64,000 nucleotides of DNA from Lama guanicoe (GCA_013239625.1 MU053652.1:2854001-2918000), one strand, 5' to 3'; positions 25,690 to 39,397 are shown, counted from the stretch's first letter. Numbers and translations: made by a program. Notes: a model not told the origin generated them from the sequence alone.

Positions 25690-26450
25690 ATGCGTTCAAT
25701 AAAGTATCTCTTTGAGTGTCCACTCTTGTGGAAGGTGCTACTAAAATGAGCACAGCGTTCACCCTTATGGAGCTTCTCACAGTCTAGTGAGAGAGATGAC
25801 TATGAATTAAATAATCACAAAAATGTGTAGTTATACAACTGTGGTAAGTACTACAAAGGAGAAGATCAAGATGCTATGGGAGCTTAAAATAAAGGAATTT
25901 GTCCTAGTCTGGGGGTCACAAGACGTGTGAGTGAGGATCTGCAGGTCCTAGACAGCTGCGTGTGCTTTGAGGGGAAGGGCAGAGCTTGTGCATTAACTTG
26001 CAGGTGAAGGAAACGAGGTGTGTAAAATCTGAGGCATGAGGGATCTGCGCATTCAGAGAGTAAAAGGAGACCAGTGAGGCCGAAGTGTGAATGTGACAGG
26101 GAGGGTGAACACGGAGGAGGCTGGAGGGGTGAGCAGGGCCAGGCAAGGCCCGAGAGTCCACACCCAGATACTTAATCAGAAGACCCAAGCAGAGCATTCA
26201 AGGAGTGGAAGTAGGTCTGGGCCATGACCTGTTTTCTATTTTCAAATGTTTACTCTGGACACTTGGTGGATCATGGACTGGAAGGGAGGAAGTGGAAGCT
26301 GGGAAAATAGCAGGAAGCGTTTTGTGTTTTGTCTAGGAGAAGGATGATAGCAGCTTGGACCAGGATGGTGGGAGTGGAGGAGACAGGAGAACATGTGTCT
26401 GGAGCGAGAATATTGGAGGCCATTGGCATCCGGATTGTGATTGCTCTGAC
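25690..26450 (-). mobile_element. L2 LINE fragment
   Basis: cccttatggagcttctcacagtctagtgagagagat...aaataatcacaaaaat...ctagtctgggggtca...gatgatagcagcttggaccaggatggtg. Confidence 0.75.
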
Positions 26451-27294
26451 ATGCTCACTCAGCAGTCTTCTGCTTATTTGCCTTGATCTTTAACCTGCCT
26501 TATATAAGGGATTTCAGGAAATTGGTCAAGCTAGATGGAGCAAGTGTCCAGGCTGTCTGACCATCATATTTTCCATTGGAAATGAATACATAGGCTTTGT
26601 GGTTTATGTATCAATCTCTTACGGTCTTTGTTGGATTGAATTAGTATTGATAAACAAGACAATTCATGGAACCTCAGTGACATAGACTTTTGGAGCCAGC
26701 AGAGCGAGGGACAGAACCTAGACAGTTGTGAATTCCTGGAGGTAAATGGCATCTGGTGGAGACTCTCTGAACAGCTACCTTTCCTAGGTAGCACCCTCTT
26801 TTTTTGATGAATCCTTTTCCATTACTATGTTTTTTTAATTTTAAATAAATCTATAATAGCTATGTTCACCAATTGTTTCTATTTTTAGGATAGCAGTTGT
26901 TTTCACCCAGTGGGGAAAGGTGCTGCCACTGAGAAATGAGTTTCAGAGGGAATGTAATTTGAAAGGCATATTAAATGCGGATGGATTCAGACTCAAGGAG
27001 AATCTTAGTCTACATTGTTTACCTATGCATCTACCTTTTTATTATGCCATGTTGATTTCTTTTGAAGTCATAAAATACTTGTTTTTCAGATCTCCTATTT
27101 TCGATATGTATAGTAGTATTGTCTTAATAGTTCCATTCAGGAACTCAGTAAAAATTTAGGTAGCTGAGATAATTGACTAAAGTTTAATGAAACCCTTCTG
27201 GTACTCTCAAGTCTGGAAGATGTCAGACAATGATATAAAACATATGGGTGCATTTGTGGCTACTCACTAACAGTATTTTTCTCTTATTTTGCAG

Positions 27295-27350
27295 GAGAAA
27301 GTGGAAAAGACAGAGATACTTTTAATGGAACAGAATAAGCCACTGAACAG
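27295..27350 (+). other. Candidate 56-nt internal exon (5' UTR or start-codon exon)
   Basis: Branch point cactaac (27265-27271), tract tatttttctcttattttgcag|, purine-rich body, CAG|gtaact donor; ATG at 27325. Confidence 0.65.
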
Positions 27351-27364
27351 GTAACTGAAATTAT

Positions 27365-27465
27365 TAGGGGTTGCGTACACATTAATTAAACGAGTTAATG
27401 TTTATGAAGTCCTTAGAATGTTACCTGACATGTAGTAAATACTACGTAAGTGTTTGCTATTACTA
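27365..27465 (+). mobile_element. MIR 3' fragment
   Basis: attaaacgagttaatgtttatgaagtccttagaatgttacctgacatgtagtaa. Confidence 0.7.
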
Positions 27466-30400
27466 AGTTCCTTTAAATGTACCTGAGCCCAAAACAAACC
27501 AGTCATACAGCCAAAAACTACCCAACAAAAACAAACCCTTTTGCTCCTAAAGCAAGTGTGAACATCACTGGTAAGTTCTGACATGCTCTCTGTGTGACCT
27601 GTTGATAGTGGCCTGAGAAACTTAATTTCTTAATCTTTGAGCACCCTTAAGTATTTGGCTACCCATTCGTTTTTGGTTTTTAGCACTCATTCACGATGAC
27701 ATATATATAAGTGTCATATCAATTTCAATTTTGAAACAAAACAAGCTTCTTTAAAATTCTTGAAGATTTACTTCCTTTTCATTGGAGGAAATGGCTTAGT
27801 TTCCAGGTAGCCACTGCAATGACCTGTGGATAGTTAGTAAAGGTGGAGAGGGTGGGGCTAAGACCAGCACTCATGTTTCCTGGTGATGCCAGTTATTACT
27901 CGGAATAAGAACTTTCAAACTATTGACTCTTCCTAGGCACTAACTTCACATCATAAAACTGTCGGTGTTACTAAGACCTACTGACACATTCAACGGACAT
28001 TGATACGGGGTGTATTATGTGCCAAGTACTGTGCGGGGCCTTGAGATGGCAGGGCTGAACATGTCGCCTGATTCCTTGCCTTCATTGTTCTTAATGAGAC
28101 TACAGAATGATAATTTAGTGAAGTACTGAACAAGCCAGGATCCATTCAGAACTTCTGGAAACGATAATTCATTCTTCTAAGATAGTTAAGAACTTAAGTT
28201 TTAAATGGTGTAGGTTTGCAGCTTGATTTGTTAGATGAGAGAGATATATTTGGTGCTGGTTTAAGTCTAGTACTGGAAAAACAAGAAGCTAAAGTCTATT
28301 GCTTATCCGTTTTGAACGCCTAATCGTAAAATACCATAGTGACTTCTGTGCAATGCTAGCAAAATTCTTGTTGATTTCGGAGGCAAGTTTATTTATAAGG
28401 TAATCATAATTATATACATCTAAGTCTACTCAGTATGTACAACAAATTTTGATGGTTGCAATGTGCAAAATGATTGTTTTAAACAAAGATAAACCAATAT
28501 TCACCTGTCTTTGAGGAATATTTCTAATGTTTATAGGCAATAAATGAGACAGCATAGCCTAGTTTTGTGTTAAAAAGATCTCATTTGAGTGGTCATAGAA
28601 GTTTTCTAAATATTTTGTACTGAAGCCGAGCCAAAGTTCATTTGGTTCTTTGAGTATGTTCTAATTTTAGTAATGATTAATGAAGCCTTTCTGTACAATT
28701 ACGAATATAGTATATTTGGCAAAAACTTAGCCTGATATTATAGTATAGTGTTATAATGCTTAACCAAGTATTATAGATGAACACATTCCTATATTTTACA
28801 ATTACTTCAAATGCCATATAACACAATTTGGAATACTTTGTTTCTTGTAGTATCTAGGGTTTGAAAATACCATGAGAAGAGAACGTAGCAGACTTTGACA
28901 GCTAAGTAGATGTTAAGGTGTATTTGTCAAAATCCTTTGAAAAAATCATTATCTAGGATTTCATTTTGATTCCTCTTTCTTTCTTTTTTCTTTCTTTTTT
29001 TTTACTTTATAAGGCAATTTTAATTGAATCATAAAGTACTTTTTCCCATTAAGTAAACAGAGCATGCACAATAATAAAATTCTCTGATGTTTTCTTCTTA
29101 GTCTTGAGTTAAGGGACACCGACTCCTTCCTGGACATCTATCTGTTCCTCTGTTCTTCCTTCTTTTACTTACTAATTTCTTTGAAGATTAATTAAATCAG
29201 TGCAGTATTCTACAGCCACGTGCGTTTATAGCATTTGGGTTAGGACACAGTTAATGCACCATCTCTGCCTGGAGGCGGCCCTGGAGAGGTGCAGGTGATG
29301 CGGTGGTACTTCTCTGGCAGTCAGACTCTCCCAGCTCCCACGTCATGTTGCTGTCACTGCTGAGACTGCTCTAACCTTGACCTTGTATTTACCATTACAG
29401 CTGATTCTTTTCACTCCTTTCCATTCTCTTTCCTCTTGCCTTTTGAGACATCTACTACTTGTTCTTACACCTCTCTGATTATTTCTTCCAAGGGTCCTGA
29501 TTAGCGACCCTAGAGCTTTGATGCGAGTCCTGGGTCTTCCCTCTGTACTGCTCCGTTCCTGGCTGTGAACTCTCAGCATTAGCACAGCACAGGCAGGGGC
29601 AGGCAGGTGCTTGGCAAGCAGTGTGAGAGAGGGTTCAAATAAATAACTTCAAAACTACTTGACTTGAGTCTCTACTTTTTGAAAAAATTAAAAAACCATA
29701 GAAAGGCTTTAACTGGAATGTTTGTTGTTATTGTTATTTGGAAGGAATTCTAAGAGTGAATTCTAGTTCTTCCTAGCCTGCTCTTGTTTACTCCTGGTAA
29801 CACAGTGCATGCCTGGAAGCCAGTAGAAAAACAGCAGAATGTGTCCGTCAGTCCCTTTGCTTTGAGAGTATTAACAGAAGTGGTACCTGAACCCTCACCC
29901 CCGCCACGGCTCCATTCATAGGCATTTGTCTCCCCCACCCCATTTTGGAAGGTCAACCACAAATTATAGAACAAGATTGTACAGCTTCAGAAAATGGCAG
30001 AAATGAAAAGGATATTATTGATAGTTCAAGGGGACAAATTATGACAGAAATCTAAACAGTGTTTGGGAACATAAAATACTTGTGAGTTTAATGACCCCAA
30101 ACAAGAATAACATGTATTTTTTAAAGTATTTCATACTTGTCCAATTTTTCTGGCTGTTTCCCTTCATTCATTTTCGGTGAGAGGAGACTGAAGTGAAAAT
30201 AGAAACTATTATTAGTCCTTTTTTTACGGCACCTGGATTGATTGTGAAAAGTGTGAGAAGTCACATCAGGTAGCCAAGCACTTCTTTTAAAAGCGTGGGT
30301 AAAAGAAAAAGAAGACAGCAAAAGTAAACAGCGCGCTGCGAGATAGTGCATTACGGGGTTGCTTGCTAGTTTTGATTTCAGAGCTTAACAGCACGAAAGT

Positions 30401-31844
30401 CGAAGTATTCACGTTGTCATGAAATAAGGTACGTGGAGTGCTTGGTTCAGTGTAGTGCTCAGGACGCGCGGCCGTTGTTGCTATGAACAGAGATACTCAA
30501 TGGCATTCTTAAGACATTCTTTCAGTTGTGTTTCTTATCGTTCCGGATGGATTTGTTTTGACCTGTCCTGTTTTCTGTGTTATAATTTATACGGCAAAGG
30601 AAGCAGCGAGGTTAATAGCATTTATTGAGTATTTCCTTTGTGCTGAGCATTGGGTGAAGAGAGTGAGGGTAGATAACTGTCCTCATCCCAGTTTTACAGG
30701 ACGTGTCTGTTAAAGAAGATTTCTCGTCAATAGGTGGCAGAGACCACAGTCTCCCCCAAAACCAAATGCTAGTTGTCTTTAAATAAGCTTGCAACAACAT
30801 TCAAAGGTTTGAAAAGCTTCTGGCTTTACATTGTTGATTAGCAGTGATAGCCATGCAAGGAAAATACTTCTTGTTAAAAGAGGAGATTTTAACAGAGTAA
30901 ATAAATAACTCAGTTTTTCCTGAGTTCGTAGCATTACTTTAATCTTCTTGATGTTAAAGATTTTCAAGTAAATATTTGCAATTTGCAGTCTACGGTTTAG
31001 TCCTCATGGTAGAATTAGCGTAATATTTACAAAGTTTTGGAGGTAATATTCCCTTTTAAAGTATGTGTAATCAACGTGCTTCATATATTTCCTTAATATT
31101 TGCTGCTTTCAGTTGTACGTGATACATCCTGCTATTTCAGTAGGAAATGGATCTTTTAGGCAGAGAGATTCCAAAAGATTTCAGTATTTTGAATATGTCT
31201 AAGTCAATAATTGGAAGAAAATAAATCTAGTACCTCTGATTGAAGGGGCAAATAAATGTATATCCATAATCAATTTTCAGCTTACCACCTCAGTGGAAGG
31301 GAACATTAGCATGGGTAATCAGAAGTTTTCAGCAACCAACTCAGCCAGCTTTTTGGGTTAAACAAGGAAATAAAGGCTTGCTTCTCTTAAAAAGTTTTCT
31401 TTTTGTGGCAACTTGCTTTCTTGTTCACTTTTGCTTTGGGTTCTATGTTTTCTGGTGCACAGCAGTCAGCAGTGGCTTTGGAAATGGCTCAATATGTATT
31501 TGTGAAAGAGAGGGATACCCCCATATATTTTAAAATACGTTATAAATGTTGTGAAAAGTTAGAATTAATACATGATTTTTATTATGAACTTTATTACATT
31601 TCCGTAGTATTACAATTCATTTGCCTATTCTTAAAGCTATAAATGTCCAGGGTACATCAGGTTAACACTTGAATCTGTCTTAACAAGCCCTCCTGTCTAC
31701 CATCCCCCACTATTTCCATTTTTTTTTAAAGGTGGAATTAGTATAGAATGAAGATCAAAGATATTTGAAAGGGAAAAATAAGTCACAAAATAATAAATTT
31801 AAGCATTTGAATTTGGCACTGAAAAGAAGGTTAGAGGACATTTA

Positions 31845-31975
31845 CCTTAACCGTTTAAACTTACAGAGAAGGAGACTGAGTTTCTGAGAGCTTATGGGAC
31901 TTGCGTGAGGACACAGAGCTATTAAAGGGCAGAACCAGCCCTGACAGGTGGATAGCACTTCTGCAGCCAGAACTT
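31845..31975 (-). mobile_element. MIR fragment
   Basis: ttacagagaaggagactgag...ggacttgcgtgaggacacagagctattaaagggcagaacc. Confidence 0.6.
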
Positions 31976-31979
31976 GTAG

Positions 31980-32085
31980 TTTTTTTTCAGCTTCATTGAG
32001 GTATAATTGACAAATGATGTTATAAAGTGTTTGAAATGTACAACATGATGATTGATAAACATACATGATGAAAGGATTCCCCTCA
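31980..32085 (-). mobile_element. Short L1 (L1MA-like) 3' terminus
   Basis: tttttttcagcttcattgaggtataattgacaaat...tgtacaacatgatgattga...tgaaaggattcccc. Confidence 0.7.
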
Positions 32086-34383
32086 CTTTAATAATTTTCA
32101 AAAATTAATATTAAACCTCAGTCTGCTTTGTGTTTTGCTCTTTGTTTTTTAGACACACGACCTGGAAAGTGTGCGTCTTAGCAAAAGGTAGTGGAAAGCA
32201 AAGCCCACTCATACCAGGTGCACCGTTTTTTCCACTCGGCTACCCTGGGGGCAGCCTGCTGGGTGCAGAGAGGAAAGGAAGAGGCCCGGTCTTCACCTCA
32301 GTGAGAATGAAGGTTTTATGGGATAATTTTTAAACGTGGAACCACTTCCTTTTCTAACAATAGTTGCTCTCTGGGAAGTTCCCCATGTCTCTCAGCTGCA
32401 TGTACCCCTGTCCAACCCAGAGAACAACACCCCACATCCCTGTGTTCTAGGGGGACCTCTGGCAGATCCCCTCAATAAACACTCCTGTCTAGAATATTAG
32501 CGTCCACATGATTTTTTAGAAAAGCAGTTCTCGTGTTGTCCATTAACTTAGTAAGTGCACTGAGCTTGCTGCGGCCATAGCTTTACGTTTGACTTCCTTC
32601 CCCAACCCCATAAATCGTTCGGCTTCACAATTTAAAAAATCTGATTCTCAGAACCAGGTACTGCTTTCATCTGGATGAGACCAGATGAATGCTCTTGGTT
32701 CCAAGTACACTTCATGAAACACAGTAGACACGGCAGGAAAATAAGCATCATCACCAAAAAAAAACCCCATGTGTAATACCACTAGTAAAAAGTGTTATGT
32801 TTGTAAAGTGCAGACCTTACCACTCTTTTATCCAAAAGTGTATCTTTCTTGGAAGCTGATTGACTGGGTTGGTAGATACTTGAATCATCTTTTTTTTTTT
32901 AACTTCTGAAAATGTACCGTCTAACCCATGTGAAAAGTATTGGTTTTAGACATTGTGAATACCTGGTAGAAGTAAACAGTTTACTCTGACCTGGAAAAAC
33001 AGGAACCTAAATATACCTAAAAATAACCTAAAAATTATGGTAAATAGTAAAATCATATTTCTAGCTTCTAGTATGACATTGACACGGGCATATACACAGT
33101 TACTGTTCAGTTAGAAATTTTATTTTGGCAGCACTCCACCTTACGTACATTTTTTAAAAAGAGTGTTAAGCCATTGCCTTACTTTTGATGGACTCCTTGG
33201 AAGAATGTATGTGTAACAGAGTGTGGTGAAACACTGTCACATGTACTTAAGGCTCAGATTTTGTCTTAGTTACCTGAGTATTTCATTGCACTTTGAAGGA
33301 ATCCTGAATTGTTCTAATAATTTAATCCTCCACATCACAATGTATGATGCTTCATTATGCATTAGTTTCTATAATTTTTAAACTTGAAAGATAATTATGT
33401 TTGTTTTGCCACAAGGCGCTTTCATGAGAACACTTTCAAATTGTGTAGCCAGGTGTAGTTGCCGGGCAAAGAAAGACTTAACTGTTTCCTTTTTGTTCCA
33501 GGAGTCATTGGCACTGGCTGTTTTAATTCAGATTATATAAGAGGAGGAATAGTACTCTGTTCTTCCAATATGTGGAAGCTCGGCATTTAAACAGCCCTGT
33601 GTTAGTTCTTAGGTAACTAGGAAAGGTAACCGTGCTACCAAAGGTAGTGCTGATTTTTACTTAATCATCTATATAAGCCCTATCTATAGGGCTTACTATA
33701 TAACCTGAAGATGACAGTGAGAAGATTGGAGGAAAAGAAATCTTTGGTACATAGTTCTTTCGTATTTTTCTGGAATACAGTGGTTCACTTTTGCCACAGT
33801 GTGTGTTACACTTGTGATTTCTTTAGATCCTATTTGAAACCAATGAGGGGAGTAACACAAGTGGGTACAAAGAAAGAGGGGGTACCCCTGTGAGCACTGT
33901 ATCACCCAGACTCTCAGTGACCACTGAGCTGCAGGAGTCATTGGTTTGTGGAGATAGACGTGGAAGATGTGTCAGAAATGATTGGCTAATATAAAAGTTT
34001 AAGTTCATTCTCAGCACCTGAGAATGAATTCTTTTAAACTTTTAAATAAAAGGGGGTTAGATTCATTACAGAAAAGTATTCTTAATGTGTTTTCTAAGGA
34101 GGGGAGAAGGGATGGAACTGATTTGCTGGGAAGCATGCTGAGAAAGCGTCCAGGGTACCAACGTGTGAAAGAGGGGAACTGTCTCTGGCGTAGACTGTGG
34201 CTCGTCCTTTAGTAGCAGGAGAAATGAGGGTAGGCAGCAAAGCCTGGGCGTTGGTGTCAAGGGTGTAAATTTGCCCCTGGGTTCCAGTTTCCCTCGTGTG
34301 TGTGTGTTACTGCCTTCCTCCGCAGTGCTGGTCTGGCTCTCCATTATGGATGACTGTGCCATTAACTGTTGAGGGAACGATAC

Positions 34384-34610
34384 ATTAAGAGTAAAGAGTC
34401 TGGATCCAGACTTCCTGGGTTCAGATACCAGCTTCACCTCTGAGGCAACTGACTTAGCTTCTCAATTTCTTCATTTGTAAAACAGGGATAATATTACTGT
34501 TTGCCTTCATGGGGTTCTTGAGAGGCTCAGATGAGTTAATGGCAAGTGAAGTCATTACACTCTCAGGCACACAGTAAGCACTCAGTGTCTGTTAGTTATT
34601 ATTATATTAT
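34384..34610 (+). mobile_element. Near full-length MIR
   Basis: ttaagagtaaagagtctggatccagacttcctgggttcag...tcatttgtaaaacagggataat...ggcacacagtaagcactcag...ttattatt. Confidence 0.85.
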
Positions 34611-35235
34611 GTGACCCTATTTAATTTTTTAAAAAATAATTTCGTCCTCTCTCCATAACCCATGTAGAGAGAATAGACATTTAACTGGATGAGTGAGTGG
34701 ATAGTGATTTGCACGGTGTCTTTAGAATTATTGATTGATCGGTAATGTAAACGCATCTTGGTTTGTGGGTTCGTTTCTAAGATAAGGCCATGTAGGCACA
34801 GCACTGATTAAATTGCATCCATGCATGCTCCTCCCACCTCATCTCAGACATGGTCCTTAATCTTTCTAATAAACCATTTTCTTTCCTGGGACTCAGGGAA
34901 AGGATTGTGTTTTACATCGTGAGAAAGAGCACACAACACACACATAAATGAAACAGTTACTTTATGGAACAGTAGTTGTACCAAATGCAGGGAGTCTTGC
35001 TTTCTGTTTTGTTCTCTTGTTTCATTTTTGTAAAAGCACTGCTTGCTGTGCATTGAAATTATTTCACAACCCACTAATGAACCACCCTACAGTTTGAAAA
35101 ACACCATGTTAAACCAGTTTGCCTCTTGTCCAGAACCAAAGTGAGGATACCTTTGATTATAACCAGTGTTCCTTTACTTTTCATTCTCTTTCCTCACTTC
35201 CCTTGATGGTGGAACTTGGGATTCAGCAGCTTTAA

Positions 35236-35236
35236 A

Positions 35237-35269
<33 letters not shown>

Positions 35270-35283
35270 ACTCACACACACTC
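35236..35283. repeat. Interrupted (AC)n microsatellite
   Basis: About 14 pure ac units followed by tc-interrupted units. Confidence 0.95.
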
Positions 35284-38029
35284 TTAAGTGCCACCAACCT
35301 ATTTAATAAGGTCAGAGTTTGTGTGGTCATTTAAAGGGATTTTAAATATTACTACATTTCAGATTCACTTTTAGTACATTTGTAATATTAAAAATGAATA
35401 AAGCTCATATCAGTATAAGATAGAATCCAATAATCATTTTCAGGAAACAGTTTAAGGTTTAGGTATTATAGTAGTAACAAATTTTTCAGATTATGATACC
35501 TGACTTCCCCTCTGCCTCCCTCCTCAGTTAAATAAGGCGATAAGAGTGCCATGCAGAAAAGTGCCTTTGTTGGTAGATCAGAACTCTGGACAGCTTTGGT
35601 ATCCTGAGCTTGTCCGTAGACTTCAGTGTGTTCCTTCTTTGGCCAGCACCGTTTGTTGGGGACACTTACTGCCTAGAGCTGTTCATGCTCTGTGACCATG
35701 AAGCTGAGCCCTGACTCTGTTCTCATCAACTGAGTCACCAGCCAAACCAAATAACGACTTCTTTAAAAAGCTGACAACCAAATCCTGACCAAGTTTACCA
35801 CACAAGACCTTCCCAGATTATGAACACTTGATCTGCACACATTCCAGTCCCACACACCACCAGTTGCACATTGCCTTTGGTCAGCCTCCCACACCCCCTG
35901 CTCCACACAGCCGGCTTCTGTGCTGGCTTCAGTGCTGTGTCTAATCCAACCCCTTTTCCATCGAACTGGTAGAACTCTGAATATTACATTCTCTTCTTTT
36001 CCTGCCCTCCTCCGCCTTTCAGGTTGTAGTCTTTGTTAATTCCATATATACTTCTTTGCCGTATTTTCCCTGTATTTCAAGTCAATCCTTTTCTTTGAGC
36101 TTTCTTTCTCTCTTCCCTCTTTGTTCAGTTTTGGAGAGCCCCCAGTGGTGCTCGTCACAGCTGGTATAAGTTAAGAGCAGGAATGCGATTATTATCAAGA
36201 GAAAAGAACACGGTATGTTTGGAGGTAAAGTAAGGCATAATAACCAGTGTCATCCATTTTCAGATCTCTTAGATATCTTAGTCTGGTCCACTGTCTTCTG
36301 ATTATACCTTCTTACACATTTGGGTATAGAAAAATAAAAATCATTTTTAGTTTATTTTATTCCTTATGTCATTGTTAGCACTGCAACAATTACAATATAC
36401 ATTTCATCTCAGATACGTAGTGTTGTACTACAGATACGCTACCAGTGAAATAAGCTTTTGTGGAAAGACCTCTGGGTACAAACTGTCATTAGTATCATTC
36501 CTAAGGGAAAAGTGGCACCGGTTCTAACTCACCTGCATGAGTACATTTGGGGGATGTAACCAGGTACTTGAGGACTACTTAATCATTATTTCTCTTAACC
36601 ACACTTCTGTTCATGGAAAAAAAGATTGGCTATCTTAAAATCATCTATGTACTACTAGAGTGCCTCCTCAGTTAGTTTCAATAATAAATTAAAATGGAAA
36701 TCATAGAAAAACTCAGAGTCTTCTGAAACTAAGAATATGCATAAGTAAGGATTTTGAAATGACAGATCGCTTTGATCACTTCTACGTTTATGACACTGTC
36801 TCGTACACAGAGTTCACTACTTTTAAACAGTATGTTTTAAACAGTATGTTTATTCTGAGGGACAGCTGAATGCAGAGCGTTGAGGCCTTTCCCTGGTTCA
36901 AGTTGGTGGTCCCATGTGACCCAGGACAGCCCCTTCACTCTGTCCGTTTTCTCACATGTGTACTTGAAGTGTGATGGCTTTGGCTGGTGAAACATATTAT
37001 CTGTTTTAAGACTGGGAAACAGCAGTCAGAAAAATGTTTAAAAAGAAAAGACTATTAGATTTTCCTGTTAGCAGAATTTTAGAAGTACTGGGTCTTCATG
37101 AAGTCATTTCAGTCTTTGTTCTCTGCTGACCTGTTGTTACATCTTTTTAAATAATGGTTATTTAATAACCCTTTAAATTCATTCCTCATTTATAATCTCA
37201 GGGTAAAATCTCTTCTTGGCTAGAGTTTTAGTATGTAGTCTGAAACTTACTGTACCATAGATGGGAAGCTAAAGGCCGCTGGTAAGTGTGAAGTCATGGC
37301 AAGGGGTCTTGTACATCATGAGGATGTTCTTATTCATCTAAAATGCATTATCTTTTGACACAATTTTGTGTTTATAAAATGACCTTGAATGTGCAGATAT
37401 GGTAAGGGTATTGTTGCCAAAGAGATACAAATAGAGATTATAATTTTTCTATTAGGGTCCACATATGTAACAGAATTCCTAAGCTTAATATAGTCAGCAG
37501 CATTTGAAATAGGACTTGGCATGACTTTTAAAAAAATGTATTTATGCCCAACTTTGAGACACGAAAGCATACATAGAATAAAATGATAAAGTATAAATTT
37601 TAAAAAATCATCAAGATCTGAGGAAAGATAAAACAGAGCCCTTGGGGTTTGGCAGCGTTGCCTCAGTAGCCACCCTGGGGATGAGATGAGTAAGCGGGCC
37701 CGTCAGGAGGGCCTTTGCATCCTGTAGCCCACCACATCAACCGAAGACGCCCCGCTTTCATCTCGGGCCTGTGTTGGGCGCTCATCGAAGACTTCATTGG
37801 GTGGAGTAAGGGGGGTTCTAGTGCTAACATACAGCTTGGGAACAGCAGCCCTGACAGATGCAAATTTTACCTGTTAGACAAAATACTTGGAATACCAAAT
37901 ACATTAGACCAGCTCATAGTAAAAAGTTAACTCTATGAAGTCAGCTTCCTTATAGCCCTGTCTGTGTTGGGATGTCAGAGTGTGTAGTCATCCCGAGACA
38001 GAGGGGAGCACTTGGAATACACTGTTTTC

Positions 38030-38280
38030 GGGGGCAAGGGGAAGGGAGAGATAACTTAGGAATTTGGGATTTGCAGATACAAGCTACTATATAAAAAATA
38101 AACACCAAGAACGTACAGTATAGCTTAGTATATCAATTTTTGTAATAACCTATAATGAAAAAGAATATTTATAACTGAGTCACTATGCTATACACCAGAA
38201 ACTAACACAACATTGTAAATCAATTATACTTCAATCAATCAATCAATCAAATAAATAAATAAATAAATAAATAAATAAAT
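38030..38280 (+). mobile_element. 5'-truncated cetartiodactyl L1 3' end with TSD and microsatellite tail
   Basis: aggaatttgggatttgcagatac...aataacctataatg...actgagtcactatgctatacaccagaaactaacacaacattgtaaatcaa; TSD aatacactgtttt (38016-38028) and aatacactatttt (38278-38290). Confidence 0.9.
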
Positions 38281-39289
38281 ACACTATTTTTTAGGTTGGG
38301 TTCTCCTCAACCAAAAGTTTTTCTTAGGAACTCTGTGCATATTGGAGGAAAAGATAAAACTCTTTTATCTTTTAATTAAAGTATAATATAATTTTCATAC
38401 TTGTTGGTGATGTTCAAATAACATCTTTCTATACATATTATAACGATGAGCCCGCTCCCTGCCTGCCCCACCACCTGCCCAGCACTTTGGGCTGAAGCGA
38501 ACTGACTGGTTAAAATGGAGAACAGATGATGGAAAACAACTTTGAGTTTTCTGAAACTGCACACACTCTTACCTTGGATAAAGGAACCAAGACCAAGAAA
38601 TATGGAAAAATTACATCATTTTAAACACATTTCTGACAGTGTTTCTCAGATTCCTTTTAAAAAGTCTTGTATGTTCAGAGGATAATGTGGGTGGAGGTGG
38701 GCACACAGGGCCAACGTGAAATCTTAGGTAGAGAAATCTTAGGTAGAGAATGCGTTGTTGGCAGGTCCCTGCTGTTTGACGTGGACTCTGAGTCGGTGTG
38801 TTTATACCCTTCTGAAGAAGGGGGTTTTGTTTTTGGTGAGACTTCTGTGGCAAAGAAAACGGTCTATAAAGTTACTGATGTCGTGCCTGGAACATGGTAA
38901 GCAGTCCATACACGTTAGCGTCCTCTCTGCTCATCTTGCTCCTTTGTTTTTTACCAGCATGCTTTTTGTTTTCCATCTTGTAATATAATGTTCGTATTCA
39001 ATCTTGAGAACTGAGTTTTTCAGCTTCTGTGGCTTGAGCTTTTGTCTCCAGTGGAGACAGAGATGCGGATGGGGAAGAGAGGCCAGGTGAACCCAGACAG
39101 GCTCTCCGTTTCTCTGGAGTTGAAGCCTCAGGACTGAGGCAGTGTTAGCATCCTTATTGCTCCTGATCTCAGCAGGAGTCAGACAAAATAACTGAATGAA
39201 AAGAGAAGATGGCAGCAGCTGTACTTAACTGTTCAGTTCCACTGACAGGAAAAAACATCCACCAAGTTTTAAGTATTTTAAGAAAAACC

Positions 39290-39397
39290 TCAAATACTTG
39301 TTTAACATGCAGATTCCTGGGCTACACCTCAGAGATTCTGAGTCAACCTTAGGTCGTTCTGATGCACGTGGTCTATGAACTGCATGTTGAAAACCCC
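39290..39397. mobile_element. MER5-type fragment
   Basis: cttgtttaacatgcagattcctgggc...ctcagagattctga...ttctgatgcacgtggtc. Confidence 0.55.

Noticed and set aside
21529..27350. Naming the host gene (vague recollection of CYRIB/FAM49B-type short 5' UTR exons)
   Set aside because: Unverifiable from memory and no corresponding coding exon was found in the window; needs BLAST
38640..38896. Possible exon ending CATG|gtaagc
   Set aside because: The donor lies in a MIR/L2 3'-end motif (gtgcctggaacatggtaagc), which commonly mimics donors
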